Source of the DNA: a virus
Taxonomy: Duplodnaviria; Caudoviricetes
Virus record (IMG/VR): IMGVR_UViG_3300032782_000010
Location: 1,930 to 65,929 of that record
Direction: 5' to 3' (one strand)
DNA length: 64,000 bases
Below the pieces are notes generated by a model. It was not told where the DNA came from, made no database searches, and was given only the letters and a program-made list of their open reading frames with translations. The position numbers and the translations under genes are program-made. This document shows, in pieces, positions 1-8,752 of this stretch (position 1 is its first letter; each line of letters begins with the position of its first letter).

Positions 1-50
1 AAGCTCCGAGACCAGGAGCCATAAGAGTCGAGCTCGTCTGCTGCACGAAG

Positions 51-239
51 GTGCTCCTCTCTGAGGTCGCGAACCCGAAGATCACTCAAACGTCGCTCGC
101 GACGACGTACGCGCTAGCTCTCTGCTCTAGCGAGAAGACGGACTGGGCGAAGGTCAACGAGGCGATCGTAGCACGCTGGTCACGCTCAGGACTCGAACGC
201 GTAAAGAAAAAAGCGTGGAAGAGGATGGAGCGAAGATGA
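51..239 (+). CDS. hypothetical protein (62 aa)
   Basis: ORF whose stop overlaps the next start (ATGA at 236-239). Confidence 0.5.
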   Translation: MLLSEVANPKITQTSLATTYALALCSSEKTDWAKVNEAIVARWSRSGLERVKKKAWKRMERR

Positions 240-1240
240 CTCCGTATTACGAGGACGCGACGGCGAAGATATATCTGGGAGACGTTCACGACGTTCTTCG
301 CTCTTTCGACTCGGAGAGCGTCGACTGCTGCGTGACGAGTCCGCCGTACTATGGTCTTCGCGACTACGGCGTAGAAGACCAGATAGGCCTAGAAGACTCC
401 CCGTCCGAGTACATCGCAAAGTTGGTAGAAGTCTTTCGAGAAGTTCGTCGATTACTTAGGAACGACGGCACCCTATGGCTCAACCTCGGCGACTCCTACT
501 CCGGCTCTTGGGGAAACCAAGGCCGCAAGAGTACGCGTGGGACCCAGCGCGAGATAAACGGCGAGATGATCCAGCCACTCGACGACGGCCGTTACCCGAA
601 CGAGGAGACGAACACCGGCAAGGTCCCCGAAGGACTTAAGGCGAAGGACCTCATGGGCACCCCCTGGCGCGTCGCGTTCGCGCTGCAGGCCGACGGCTGG
701 TACCTGCGAAGCGACATCATCTGGTCGAAGCCTAACCCGATGCCTGAGAGCATCACCGATAGACCTACGAAGAGCCACGAGTATATCTTTCTGATGGCAA
801 AGAGTCAGAAATACTACTACGACGCGGCCGCTATCGCGGAGAAGTCTATAAATGCAGGAAAAACAGTCCATCTGAAAGAAAAATCACTGAGCCGAGGGCA
901 GGCTTCAGGAGCTAACGTACAGGCTTCAGGAAATGGACTAAAAGAATCCATATTAGTAAAAGATACTAAAAACAAGCGCACCGTCTGGGAGGTGCCAACA
1001 TCTCCTTTCCCCGAAGCCCACTTCGCCGTCTTTCCGGAAGGCCTTATCAGGCCGTGTGTTCTCGCCGGCTGTCGTCCCGGCGGCCTAGTCCTCGACCCGT
1101 TCCTAGGCTCGGGGACGACCGCGCTCGTCGCGCGCAATCTCAACTGCCGCTGCGTAGGGGTAGAGCTCAACGAGAAGTACGTCGAGATCGCGAAGCGAAG
1201 ACTCAGCCAGTCGAATCTTACGTTCGAGGAGAACCTATGA
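236..1240 (+). CDS. site-specific DNA methyltransferase (N4-C/N6-A, beta class)
   Basis: Catalytic SPPY motif near the N-terminus, IIWSKPNPMPES, HEYIF, HFAVFP and C-terminal SAM-binding DPFLGSGTT. Confidence 0.93.
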   Translation: MTPYYEDATAKIYLGDVHDVLRSFDSESVDCCVTSPPYYGLRDYGVEDQIGLEDSPSEYIAKLVEVFREVRRLLRNDGTLWLNLGDSYSGSWGNQGRKSTRGTQREINGEMIQPLDDGRYPNEETNTGKVPEGLKAKDLMGTPWRVAFALQADGWYLRSDIIWSKPNPMPESITDRPTKSHEYIFLMAKSQKYYYDAAAIAEKSINAGKTVHLKEKSLSRGQASGANVQASGNGLKESILVKDTKNKRTVWEVPTSPFPEAHFAVFPEGLIRPCVLAGCRPGGLVLDPFLGSGTTALVARNLNCRCVGVELNEKYVEIAKRRLSQSNLTFEENL

Positions 1241-1764
1241 GCAAGAACGAAGAGTTGTCTAACCCAATCAGTTGCCTTAACAGGGCCCGCGAGGACGAAC
1301 TCGTCTTCGTCCTCGCGGGCCGCGACGAGGCCGCGCCGGACGCGATACGCGAGTGGGCTAGAAGACGCGTCAGCCTCGGGAAGAACTCTCACTCGGACAG
1401 CCAGATAGTCGAGGCGCTCGACTGCGCCAACAGGATGACGCACGAGCGCGTCCCGATCTTCTTCTTCGGCTGCCACCGCTACGCCGGACACTTTATGTGG
1501 CAGCCTGGCATGAAGACGGACGACTCGCACTTCGACAAGCTTAACCCCTGGGGCTACTCGATCGACGGCGGTCTCGTCGGGAGGCTGGAGCACAGGCGAG
1601 GCTGGACGGCGACCGGCCGCTCCGACTTCTCGATCGACAAGCGCCCAGGCTCTCACGCTACCTTTCTCGTACGAGGCGAGCACTCGCTCGAAGACGTGAA
1701 GCTGCTCGCCAAGACGTACTTCCCGCTCGTGTACGCGCGCTGCGGCGTGGACTCGTGGTCATGA
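1237..1764 (+). CDS. hypothetical phage protein
   Basis: GAGGAG RBS and ATGA overlap; N-terminal DELVFVLAGRD segment typical of small phage proteins. Confidence 0.65.
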   Translation: MSKNEELSNPISCLNRAREDELVFVLAGRDEAAPDAIREWARRRVSLGKNSHSDSQIVEALDCANRMTHERVPIFFFGCHRYAGHFMWQPGMKTDDSHFDKLNPWGYSIDGGLVGRLEHRRGWTATGRSDFSIDKRPGSHATFLVRGEHSLEDVKLLAKTYFPLVYARCGVDSWS

Positions 1765-1964
1765 TCACATATAAGTTCTACGTCGGAGCCATCGCGCGAG
1801 GCAGGTACTGGGGAGTCTGGTACCCTAGCCACCCGTACCCATCCCGGCTTCACGACTCTTTCGAGAGCGCTCGCCGCGAGCTCTTCGAGGCGCTCAAGAC
1901 GTACCCGGCGCCGCCGATGCTCGACGACCTCGTTCTTCCGGCGTACAGCACTAAACGTTCGTAA
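1761..1964 (+). CDS. hypothetical protein
   Basis: ATGA overlap with the upstream stop. Confidence 0.5.
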   Translation: MITYKFYVGAIARGRYWGVWYPSHPYPSRLHDSFESARRELFEALKTYPAPPMLDDLVLPAYSTKRS

Positions 1965-1995
1965 AAAAAATATCTAAGGATGGAGTCCCACGCCC

Positions 1996-4383
1996 GTGCC
2001 TAAGAAGAGCAAGCCCGACGACGCCGCAGCGCCGACGAGTACTCCGCAAGAAAGTTCGGCTCCGCCCAAGCCAAAGAAGACGTTCGAGCCGTTAAAGCGC
2101 GAGCTCGTAAAGAACATACCAGACGAGCTCCGCGCCCTACGCCAGTGGGTCGGCTGGAAGCTAGAGTTCAAGGACGACGGAAAGGCCAACAAGCGCCCCG
2201 TCGACGCCTCGACCGGCTACTACGCGAGCACCACCGACAAGTCGAAGTACTCGACGTTCGACGTCGCGCTCGAGTCGATAGCGAAGTTCGGGCTGATGGG
2301 AGTAGGCTTCGTCTTCACCCGGGAGGATAACTACGTCGGCGTCGACCTCGACGCCTGCAGGGACAAGACGACGGGCGAGCTCGAGTCCTGGGCCCAGCAC
2401 GTCGTCGACCAGTTCGACACCTACTCGGAGGTCTCGCCGTCCGGCACCGGGATAAAGATGATCGTGCGCGGCAAGCTCCCCGGAGAAGGCAACCGCCGCG
2501 GCGCTATCGAGATGTACGAGCACGGCCGCTTCTTCACGATCACCGGCGCGATACCGACAGAGCACCCGCGCCCGATCGCCGAGCGCCAGGCCGCGATCGA
2601 CGCCCTCTACCGCGAGCACATCGCCATCCAGCCGGCCGAGGCGTACCAGGCCGCGCCGCCGCCGATCGACGACGCAGACCTCGACGCGATACGCGCGATC
2701 CCGGACAAGCAGCTGATAAGGATCGCCTCGAACGCCGCGAACGGAAAGAAGTTCAAGGACCTCTGGGACGGCTCTGCGGCCGCGTACGGCGACGACCAGT
2801 CGAGCGCCGACCTCGCGCTCTGCTCGCTCCTCGCCTTCTACACGGGCCGCGACGTCGCGCGCATCGACCGGCTCTTCCGACAGTCAGGTCTTATCCGGAA
2901 GAAGTGGGACGAGCGGCACGGCGCGCAGACGTACGGCGAGAAGACGATCGCGAAGGCGATCAGCGGCACGCGCGTCGTCTACGACCCGTCGACCCGGCTC
3001 TCGGAGCTCAACGACACCCTGAACGCCGAGATCTTCATCGAGCTCCACTCGGACGCCCTCTGCTACTGCTCGATGTGGAAGACGTGGCTCTCCTGGGAGG
3101 GCACGCACTGGAACTACCACTCCGGCGTCGAGAACTCCCGCGCGTACAACGCTACTTCCAACGTCCAGAAGTACCTCCTCGAGAAGGCCGCGGACGAGCC
3201 CGGCGAGCAGCGCAGGAAGCAGCTCCAGAAGTGGGGCGTGCAGTCGGGCGACAAGTACAAGCGCGACGCGATGCTCTACATCGCCGCGCAGCGGAGCGAC
3301 CTCCCGCCGTCGATCTTCGACCGAGACCCGATGCTCATCGCCGCCAAGAACGGCGTCGTCGACATGCGCAAGGAGTGCGGCCCGAACGAGCGCTTCCGCC
3401 CGGCGCGACGCGAGGACTACATAACGCGCTGCGCTGGCGCCAACTTCGACCTCAAGAAGGAGTGCCCCACGTTCAACAAGTTCCTCTTCGACGTCATGCA
3501 GGGCGACGACGAGATGATAAAGTACATCTGGCGCGTGATGGGATACGCGCTGACGGGCGACATACGCGAGAGGGCGTTCTTCATCCTGCACGGCGGCGGG
3601 CGAAACGGCAAGACGACGTTCCTCGAGCTGCTGATGGCGCTCGGCGGGACGTACGCACAGAAGGCCAGGTTCTCGTCGTTCCTGAAGAAGAAGAACGACG
3701 CAGGCCCGAACGACGACATCGCTCACATGGTGGGCTCGCGGATAATCGTGGCGAGCGAGGCCGAGGAGGGCGCAGCGCTCAACACCTCGCTCATCAAGGA
3801 GATGACCGGCGGAGACGCCATCCGCGCCAGGTTCCTCTACGGAAAGGAGTTCGAGTTCAGGCCAGTAGCCAAGTTCTTCTTCGCGACCAACGCCATTCCG
3901 AACATCTACGAGTCGACGGAGGCGATATGGGACAGGATCCACTGCATACCCTTCACGTACCGAATCCCGGACGACAAGATCGACAAGATGCTGGGGCTGA
4001 AACTTCGCGAGGAGCTCGACGCGATCTTCTCGCAGGCCGTGATGTACTGCGCCATCTGGCAGGCGATCGGCAACCTGCTCCCGCCGGACAAGGTGAGGAA
4101 GAGCGTGAGTCATCTGAGAGAAGAAATGGACGTCTTCGGCGAGTGGCTAAACGAGTGCGTCGAGCCCTTCGAGACGACCAACGACGCGCTTACGAGAGTC
4201 GGCGAGACGTACAACAACTATCGCGAGTGGAACGAGAAGACCCGTGGCAAGGGCATGAAACCACGCTCGAAGATAGCTCTAGTACGCTATCTGGCAAGCC
4301 ACGGGGTCAACGTCGAACCGGGCACGGATAACGTTAAGTTCTTCAAGGGGCTAGCTTTACGTCTTATAAGTCCACGGATTTGA
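1996..4383 (+). CDS. primase-polymerase/helicase (NrS-1 polymerase-like N-terminus plus P4/D5 SF3 helicase)
   Basis: QWVGW, GVDLDAC, SEVSPSGTG, IEMY..RFFTITG, DQSSAD; Walker A GGGRNGKTT; KEMTGGD.I.AR. Confidence 0.92.
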   Translation: MPKKSKPDDAAAPTSTPQESSAPPKPKKTFEPLKRELVKNIPDELRALRQWVGWKLEFKDDGKANKRPVDASTGYYASTTDKSKYSTFDVALESIAKFGLMGVGFVFTREDNYVGVDLDACRDKTTGELESWAQHVVDQFDTYSEVSPSGTGIKMIVRGKLPGEGNRRGAIEMYEHGRFFTITGAIPTEHPRPIAERQAAIDALYREHIAIQPAEAYQAAPPPIDDADLDAIRAIPDKQLIRIASNAANGKKFKDLWDGSAAAYGDDQSSADLALCSLLAFYTGRDVARIDRLFRQSGLIRKKWDERHGAQTYGEKTIAKAISGTRVVYDPSTRLSELNDTLNAEIFIELHSDALCYCSMWKTWLSWEGTHWNYHSGVENSRAYNATSNVQKYLLEKAADEPGEQRRKQLQKWGVQSGDKYKRDAMLYIAAQRSDLPPSIFDRDPMLIAAKNGVVDMRKECGPNERFRPARREDYITRCAGANFDLKKECPTFNKFLFDVMQGDDEMIKYIWRVMGYALTGDIRERAFFILHGGGRNGKTTFLELLMALGGTYAQKARFSSFLKKKNDAGPNDDIAHMVGSRIIVASEAEEGAALNTSLIKEMTGGDAIRARFLYGKEFEFRPVAKFFFATNAIPNIYESTEAIWDRIHCIPFTYRIPDDKIDKMLGLKLREELDAIFSQAVMYCAIWQAIGNLLPPDKVRKSVSHLREEMDVFGEWLNECVEPFETTNDALTRVGETYNNYREWNEKTRGKGMKPRSKIALVRYLASHGVNVEPGTDNVKFFKGLALRLISPRI

Positions 4384-4493
4384 GAGAATTACCGAATTAC
4401 CGATCAGGGGCTAGTTGCGTAACTCTGCTATACGCGCGCGCGGGTATGGTAAAGTTACGCAAAGTACCCAGAATGGGTAATTGGGTAATTCTC
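4384..4493. repeat. nested inverted repeat, candidate replication origin
   Basis: GAGAATTACCGAATTACCGA (4384-4403) against TGGGTAATTGGGTAATTCTC (4474-4493), 18/20 match; inner perfect TTGCGTAACT (4415-4424)/AGTTACGCAA (4453-4462); CGCGCGCGCG centre; lies directly after the primase stop. Confidence 0.7.
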
Positions 4494-4646
4494 GCGAAAC
4501 TCGCTGGACAACTCAAAAAATCTGTGTGCTAACTAAAGCCCGTGGCACGACGGTTCTCCCAACTCAGAGCAGGCACGAACGCGGCGCGGACACCCGCGCT
4601 CGTGGCCTGCTCGTCAGAAGTTTTGAATAACGCAGGTGATGTCTAG

Positions 4647-5024
4647 ATGGCGCGCAAGAAACAGAAACCTCGCGGCATCAGCAAGCTTCGTCTTCAAGAC
4701 CCATCCATTCCAAATCCTCTCGCCCCATATCAGTTCAAGCCCGGACAGATCGCGAACCCCCTCGGACTGTCCAAGAAGCGCCGCCTCAGCGAAGCGATCG
4801 CAGATGAGGCGGCGCGTCTCGTGAAGTTGAACGAGGAGGAAGTCACTCGCGCAGGAGTGCTCGCGAAGAAGCTGCTCGATCGAGCAGAGAACGACTCGAC
4901 GGAGCTCGAGCGTGTTCTCAGGATCACAGAGCCGGAGCTCGCGGCTAAAACTCTTTCCTCTGGTGTTGGACTTTCAGTCCAGACGGAGGATGTATCGGTG
5001 GTGTTTCAGAAGATCGGCTTATAG
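4647..5024 (+). CDS. terminase small subunit (DUF5681-like)
   Basis: PYQFKPGQIANPLG motif; immediately upstream of the large terminase. Confidence 0.75.
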   Translation: MARKKQKPRGISKLRLQDPSIPNPLAPYQFKPGQIANPLGLSKKRRLSEAIADEAARLVKLNEEEVTRAGVLAKKLLDRAENDSTELERVLRITEPELAAKTLSSGVGLSVQTEDVSVVFQKIGL

Positions 5025-5145
5025 AGGCTAAATCTTGCACCGGCTTGTTCCCAGGCTCGCCGAATCGCTCACTATCGCGCTCGTAGCGATGGTGATTTTT
5101 TTTATCCCCGCAGCGGCCTCTACCACCGTGGACTTCGGAGGGGAG

Positions 5146-6777
5146 ATGTCAGTAGAAAAGCCCACCTCGATTCTCGACACCCGTACGGGCGAGAGTCGGG
5201 CACAGAAGTTTGCTGCGATCCTGAAGCGCGAAGACGAAGATGCGCTAGCGAAGCGCAAGGCGTTTAACGCGCTCACCGACGCCGAGAAGCTCCAACTAAA
5301 GTACAGCTGGGAGTTCTGGGCTCGTCCGAACCAGTTTCTTCCGGACTCTTCACACAACTGGCAGACATGGCTCATCATGGCGGGTCGAGGATTCGGGAAG
5401 ACGCGCACCGGCGCAGAGGCGGTCAGGAAGTGGGCGAAGAAGGACACCCTCGTCAACATCATCGCTCCGACGGCGGACGACGCTCGGGACGTATGCATCG
5501 AGGGCGAGAGCGGGATACTCGCGATCTGCCCGAACGGAGAGCGGCCGGAGTATGTTCCGTCTAAGCGTAGACTGGAATGGCCCAACGGGGCTATCTCGAT
5601 GATATTCACCGCCGACGAGCCCGAGCGTCTCCGCGGAAAGCAGCACAAGAAGCTCTGGTGCGACGAGCTCGCCGCGTGGCGTTACTGCGAAGACGCGTGG
5701 GACCAGGCTCAGCTCGGTCTTCGGCTCGGCGGCGACCCGCAAGCGATCGTCACGACGACTCCTAAGCCCATCAAGCAGGTGCGTGACCTAGTGGCGGACC
5801 CGACGACGTTCCTCACTCGAGGCACGTCGTACGAGAATCGCCTCAACCTGGCGAAGGCGTTCTACGCGCGTATCATCACGAAGTACGAGGGCACTCGACT
5901 CGGTCGTCAGGAGTTGAACGCCGAGCTCCTCGAGGACCGTCCCGGCGCACTGTGGACTCACGCCCTTATCGACGAGAATCGCATCAAGAATCCTGACGTA
6001 TTCTGGAAGGACATATATCCGAAGCTCGTCAGGATCGTGACCGCGGTGGACCCGGCCGTAAGCTCGAACGAGGACAGCGACGAGACGGGTATCGTCAGCG
6101 TCGGGATGGACGACCAGAACCCGGCGCACTTCTATCCGTTCGACGATCGCAGCGACATCTACACCCCTGACGGGTGGGCTAAGGCCGCGGCCGCGGCGTA
6201 CTGGGGCTACAAGAGCGATCGAGTCGTCGGCGAGGTGAATAATGGCGGCGAGATGGTCGAGTCGACGCTTCGGCACGTCAACGAGAACATCAGCTACACG
6301 GCGGTTCACGCGTCACGAGGCAAGATTACGCGCGCGGAGCCGATCAGCGCTCTCTACGAGCAGAAGCGCGTTCATCACGTCGGCGCTCTACCCCAGATGG
6401 AAGATCAGATGTGCGACTACGATCCGGTGACTGCGACTTTCTCGCCAGACCGCATGGACGCTCTCGTCTGGGCGATCACCGAGCTGAGCGAAGGCCTGAC
6501 GACTCTAGGCTTCGTCGAGTATCTTAAGGGCGGCAAGGCGGAGGAGGAGTTGAAACAGATATCTAAGGTCTCTCGAGCGACAACTCTCGCCAAGCCTGAG
6601 GTTGCGGACGCCGCGCCGCGGTGCCCGGCGTGCGAGAGCGCCGTGATTCAAGATATTCCTGGGGGCGAGAAGAAGTGCGTCGCGTGCGGTAAGCAGTTTC
6701 GGCTGGGCGAAGCTCCGCCGGTCGTCGCTCCTGCTTCGCGAGCCGACTACCTTCTCGAGAGGAGCAATCACCGGTGA
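5146..6777 (+). CDS. terL: terminase large subunit with C-terminal Zn ribbon
   Basis: Walker A MAGRGFGKT, PERLRG, WCDE Walker B, VDPAVS, GEVNNGG, SPDRMDA; C-terminal CPAC...CVAC; ATG 5146 with GGAGGGGAG RBS. Confidence 0.95.
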   Translation: MSVEKPTSILDTRTGESRAQKFAAILKREDEDALAKRKAFNALTDAEKLQLKYSWEFWARPNQFLPDSSHNWQTWLIMAGRGFGKTRTGAEAVRKWAKKDTLVNIIAPTADDARDVCIEGESGILAICPNGERPEYVPSKRRLEWPNGAISMIFTADEPERLRGKQHKKLWCDELAAWRYCEDAWDQAQLGLRLGGDPQAIVTTTPKPIKQVRDLVADPTTFLTRGTSYENRLNLAKAFYARIITKYEGTRLGRQELNAELLEDRPGALWTHALIDENRIKNPDVFWKDIYPKLVRIVTAVDPAVSSNEDSDETGIVSVGMDDQNPAHFYPFDDRSDIYTPDGWAKAAAAAYWGYKSDRVVGEVNNGGEMVESTLRHVNENISYTAVHASRGKITRAEPISALYEQKRVHHVGALPQMEDQMCDYDPVTATFSPDRMDALVWAITELSEGLTTLGFVEYLKGGKAEEELKQISKVSRATTLAKPEVADAAPRCPACESAVIQDIPGGEKKCVACGKQFRLGEAPPVVAPASRADYLLERSNHR

Positions 6778-6962
6778 GGGATTACGTCATGGAAGTTTTG
6801 CTACGGCGCTGCGGGGCGCGCGAGTGGCGGACGGCGATCAAGAAGAGCTCTAAGGCTATTGACTTGTCTCACCGGGTGGAGCAGCCAGATACGAGCATCC
6901 GTCGAGAGCCTTCGGAGACGAGAGTTGAGAACTGGGTCAGGTGGCACGGAGGTCGATACTAA
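6774..6962 (+). CDS. hypothetical protein
   Basis: GTGA overlap with the terL stop, GAGGAG RBS. Confidence 0.4.
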   Translation: MRDYVMEVLLRRCGAREWRTAIKKSSKAIDLSHRVEQPDTSIRREPSETRVENWVRWHGGRY

Positions 6963-6963
6963 C

Positions 6964-7875
6964 ATGAGCTTCAAGCTGGATGGTCGAGCGGGAATGTCTT
7001 CACTCTCACGCTCCAAGCGTAGGCTGATTCCAACGCTAACCTTTCGGCTGATCGCTTGCTTTCTCCTGGCGCTGGCTTCGGCTGGTGCCGGGAGAGCGCA
7101 GGCACCTGCCACGGTCGCGGTCGCTGACACGCTATTCGCGCCGGGTGGCAGCCCGGCTACTGGTACGTTGACGGTCACGAGCGCTATCACGATGACGACG
7201 AACGACGGATACGTCGTCCCGGCTGGGACGAAGACGGTGGCGATCATCGGCCCTACTGGTCAGTTCTCGGTCTCTCTTGCTCCGAATATCGGCGCGGCCC
7301 CGATGGGCACTTACTACTACGCGGACTATGTCACTTCGACGTCGCGCTACCGCGAGACGTGGGTGGTTCCTCAGTCTTCGACCACGCTGAGGCTTACTGA
7401 CGTTCGCGTCGTCTGGAACAACATCCCCGTTCCGAACGTTCAGATACCTGCGAGTCAGTTCAAGCCACCGGTGAACTTCTTCAATAACTGCGTCATGCGC
7501 TGGACGGTTCTCGGGTGGTACTGCTCGACCGACAACCTCGGGAGCGTGTCTCTCGACCTCGAGCTTCCTACGCCCGCTGATACGGGTAAGTTTCAGTGGA
7601 AGCCGAAGAACGCGCTCACCATTACGCGCCTGTCGTGTGATACGGACCAGGGCAGCGTCGATCTGAACCTCGAGCTTCGGACCGAAGCTAGCCCGAACTC
7701 CTCCGGCACGGCGATGCTCTCCACTCCTCTGACGTGCGGGCCTAACACCACGGCGTCAACTTTGACTTTCGCGGTCAGCGTAGTACCGAGCTCGACACCG
7801 GTCGCTCTTTCGATCGTAAGTGTCAGCGGTTCGCCTCTGATCGTGAGGATTCATACGGACTATCAGTTAAATTGA
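6964..7875 (+). CDS. putative exported beta-rich virion-associated protein
   Basis: Signal-peptide-like LIACFLLALASAGAGRAQA; start uncertain (6964 or 6994). Confidence 0.7.
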   Translation: MSFKLDGRAGMSSLSRSKRRLIPTLTFRLIACFLLALASAGAGRAQAPATVAVADTLFAPGGSPATGTLTVTSAITMTTNDGYVVPAGTKTVAIIGPTGQFSVSLAPNIGAAPMGTYYYADYVTSTSRYRETWVVPQSSTTLRLTDVRVVWNNIPVPNVQIPASQFKPPVNFFNNCVMRWTVLGWYCSTDNLGSVSLDLELPTPADTGKFQWKPKNALTITRLSCDTDQGSVDLNLELRTEASPNSSGTAMLSTPLTCGPNTTASTLTFAVSVVPSSTPVALSIVSVSGSPLIVRIHTDYQLN

Positions 7876-7894
7876 AAAAGGAGAACTGTTTTTT

Positions 7895-8587
7895 ATGAAC
7901 AAGAACGTAAAACTCTTCCTTCGGTGGTTCGGGCTCGGCAGCGGCGTGCTAGCGATCGCGGTCATCCCTATTCTCGGTCTCACCCAGGCTGAGCACCTGA
8001 AGACCGTGAGCGCCGCGTCGACGAAGGTCGGTCGAGGTGCGCCTATTCAGGAGCGGACGGTCGCCCTGAACATGGTGAACGTGACTACTCGTCACTGCCA
8101 GAAGTATTCTCGCCAAACGCAGACAAAAAATGGCGATCAATACGTATGGACTTACGAGATAGACGCAAACGCTTGTGCTCAGGATTCATCGACGATCTTC
8201 TACTCGCACACCGATCACAACCTTCGAACCAATGCCGGCAGTGATGCACAGTCTTCGCAGATGGGCAACACTTCGACTCAGGCCGCTTCGTGCAATTACA
8301 TCGCATTGACCAACGATGCGACCGCTCCGTCCGCTACAGATACCACGCTGACGAGCGAGATTAGCACCAACGGCCTCGGCCGCGCGCAGGGCACCTACGC
8401 GCACACGACCGGGACAGCCTCGTTCACCGTGCAGAAGGTCTTCAGCGCGACCGGCACGCAGGCTAGCCAGAAGACGGGCCTGTTCAACGCGAGCTCGTCC
8501 GGCACTCTCTGCTTCGAGAACACGTACACCCAGGTCACGGTGAACAACGGCGACACGCTGACCGTGACGTGGACGATCAACATCTAA
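7895..8587 (+). CDS. putative virion appendage/fibre-base protein
   Basis: AAGGAG RBS; hydrophobic N-terminus; C-terminal GLFNASSSGTL...GDTLTVTWTI pattern common in phage structural proteins. Confidence 0.75.
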   Translation: MNKNVKLFLRWFGLGSGVLAIAVIPILGLTQAEHLKTVSAASTKVGRGAPIQERTVALNMVNVTTRHCQKYSRQTQTKNGDQYVWTYEIDANACAQDSSTIFYSHTDHNLRTNAGSDAQSSQMGNTSTQAASCNYIALTNDATAPSATDTTLTSEISTNGLGRAQGTYAHTTGTASFTVQKVFSATGTQASQKTGLFNASSSGTLCFENTYTQVTVNNGDTLTVTWTINI

Positions 8588-8752
8588 GAGTCTTGGGGGA
8601 AAGAGCGGCCTGGCTGGGTCACAGCCCCCTTCGCCAGGAGATGAGTCCAGATAATCTCGAGAGACTGCCGGACTAGCTTAAGGGACTCCCCGGCACCAAA
8701 AGAAGGTTCTCGAGAAGCCCTGAGTAGGATCGGAGACGACGAGAAACATTGC

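Noticed and set aside
4567-4620. CTGACGA on the minus strand beside a long hairpin, as a possible further hammerhead
   Set aside because: No GAAA after the stem and no stem I/III; only a hairpin upstream of terS
5035-5145. Hydrophobic in-frame N-terminal extension of the terminase from TTG 5035
   Set aside because: ATG 5146 has a much stronger RBS, and an exported terminase is implausible; not fully excluded
8607-8650. Superficial resemblance to an HDV-like ribozyme 5' end
   Set aside because: Could not build the P1/P2/P3 nested pseudoknot
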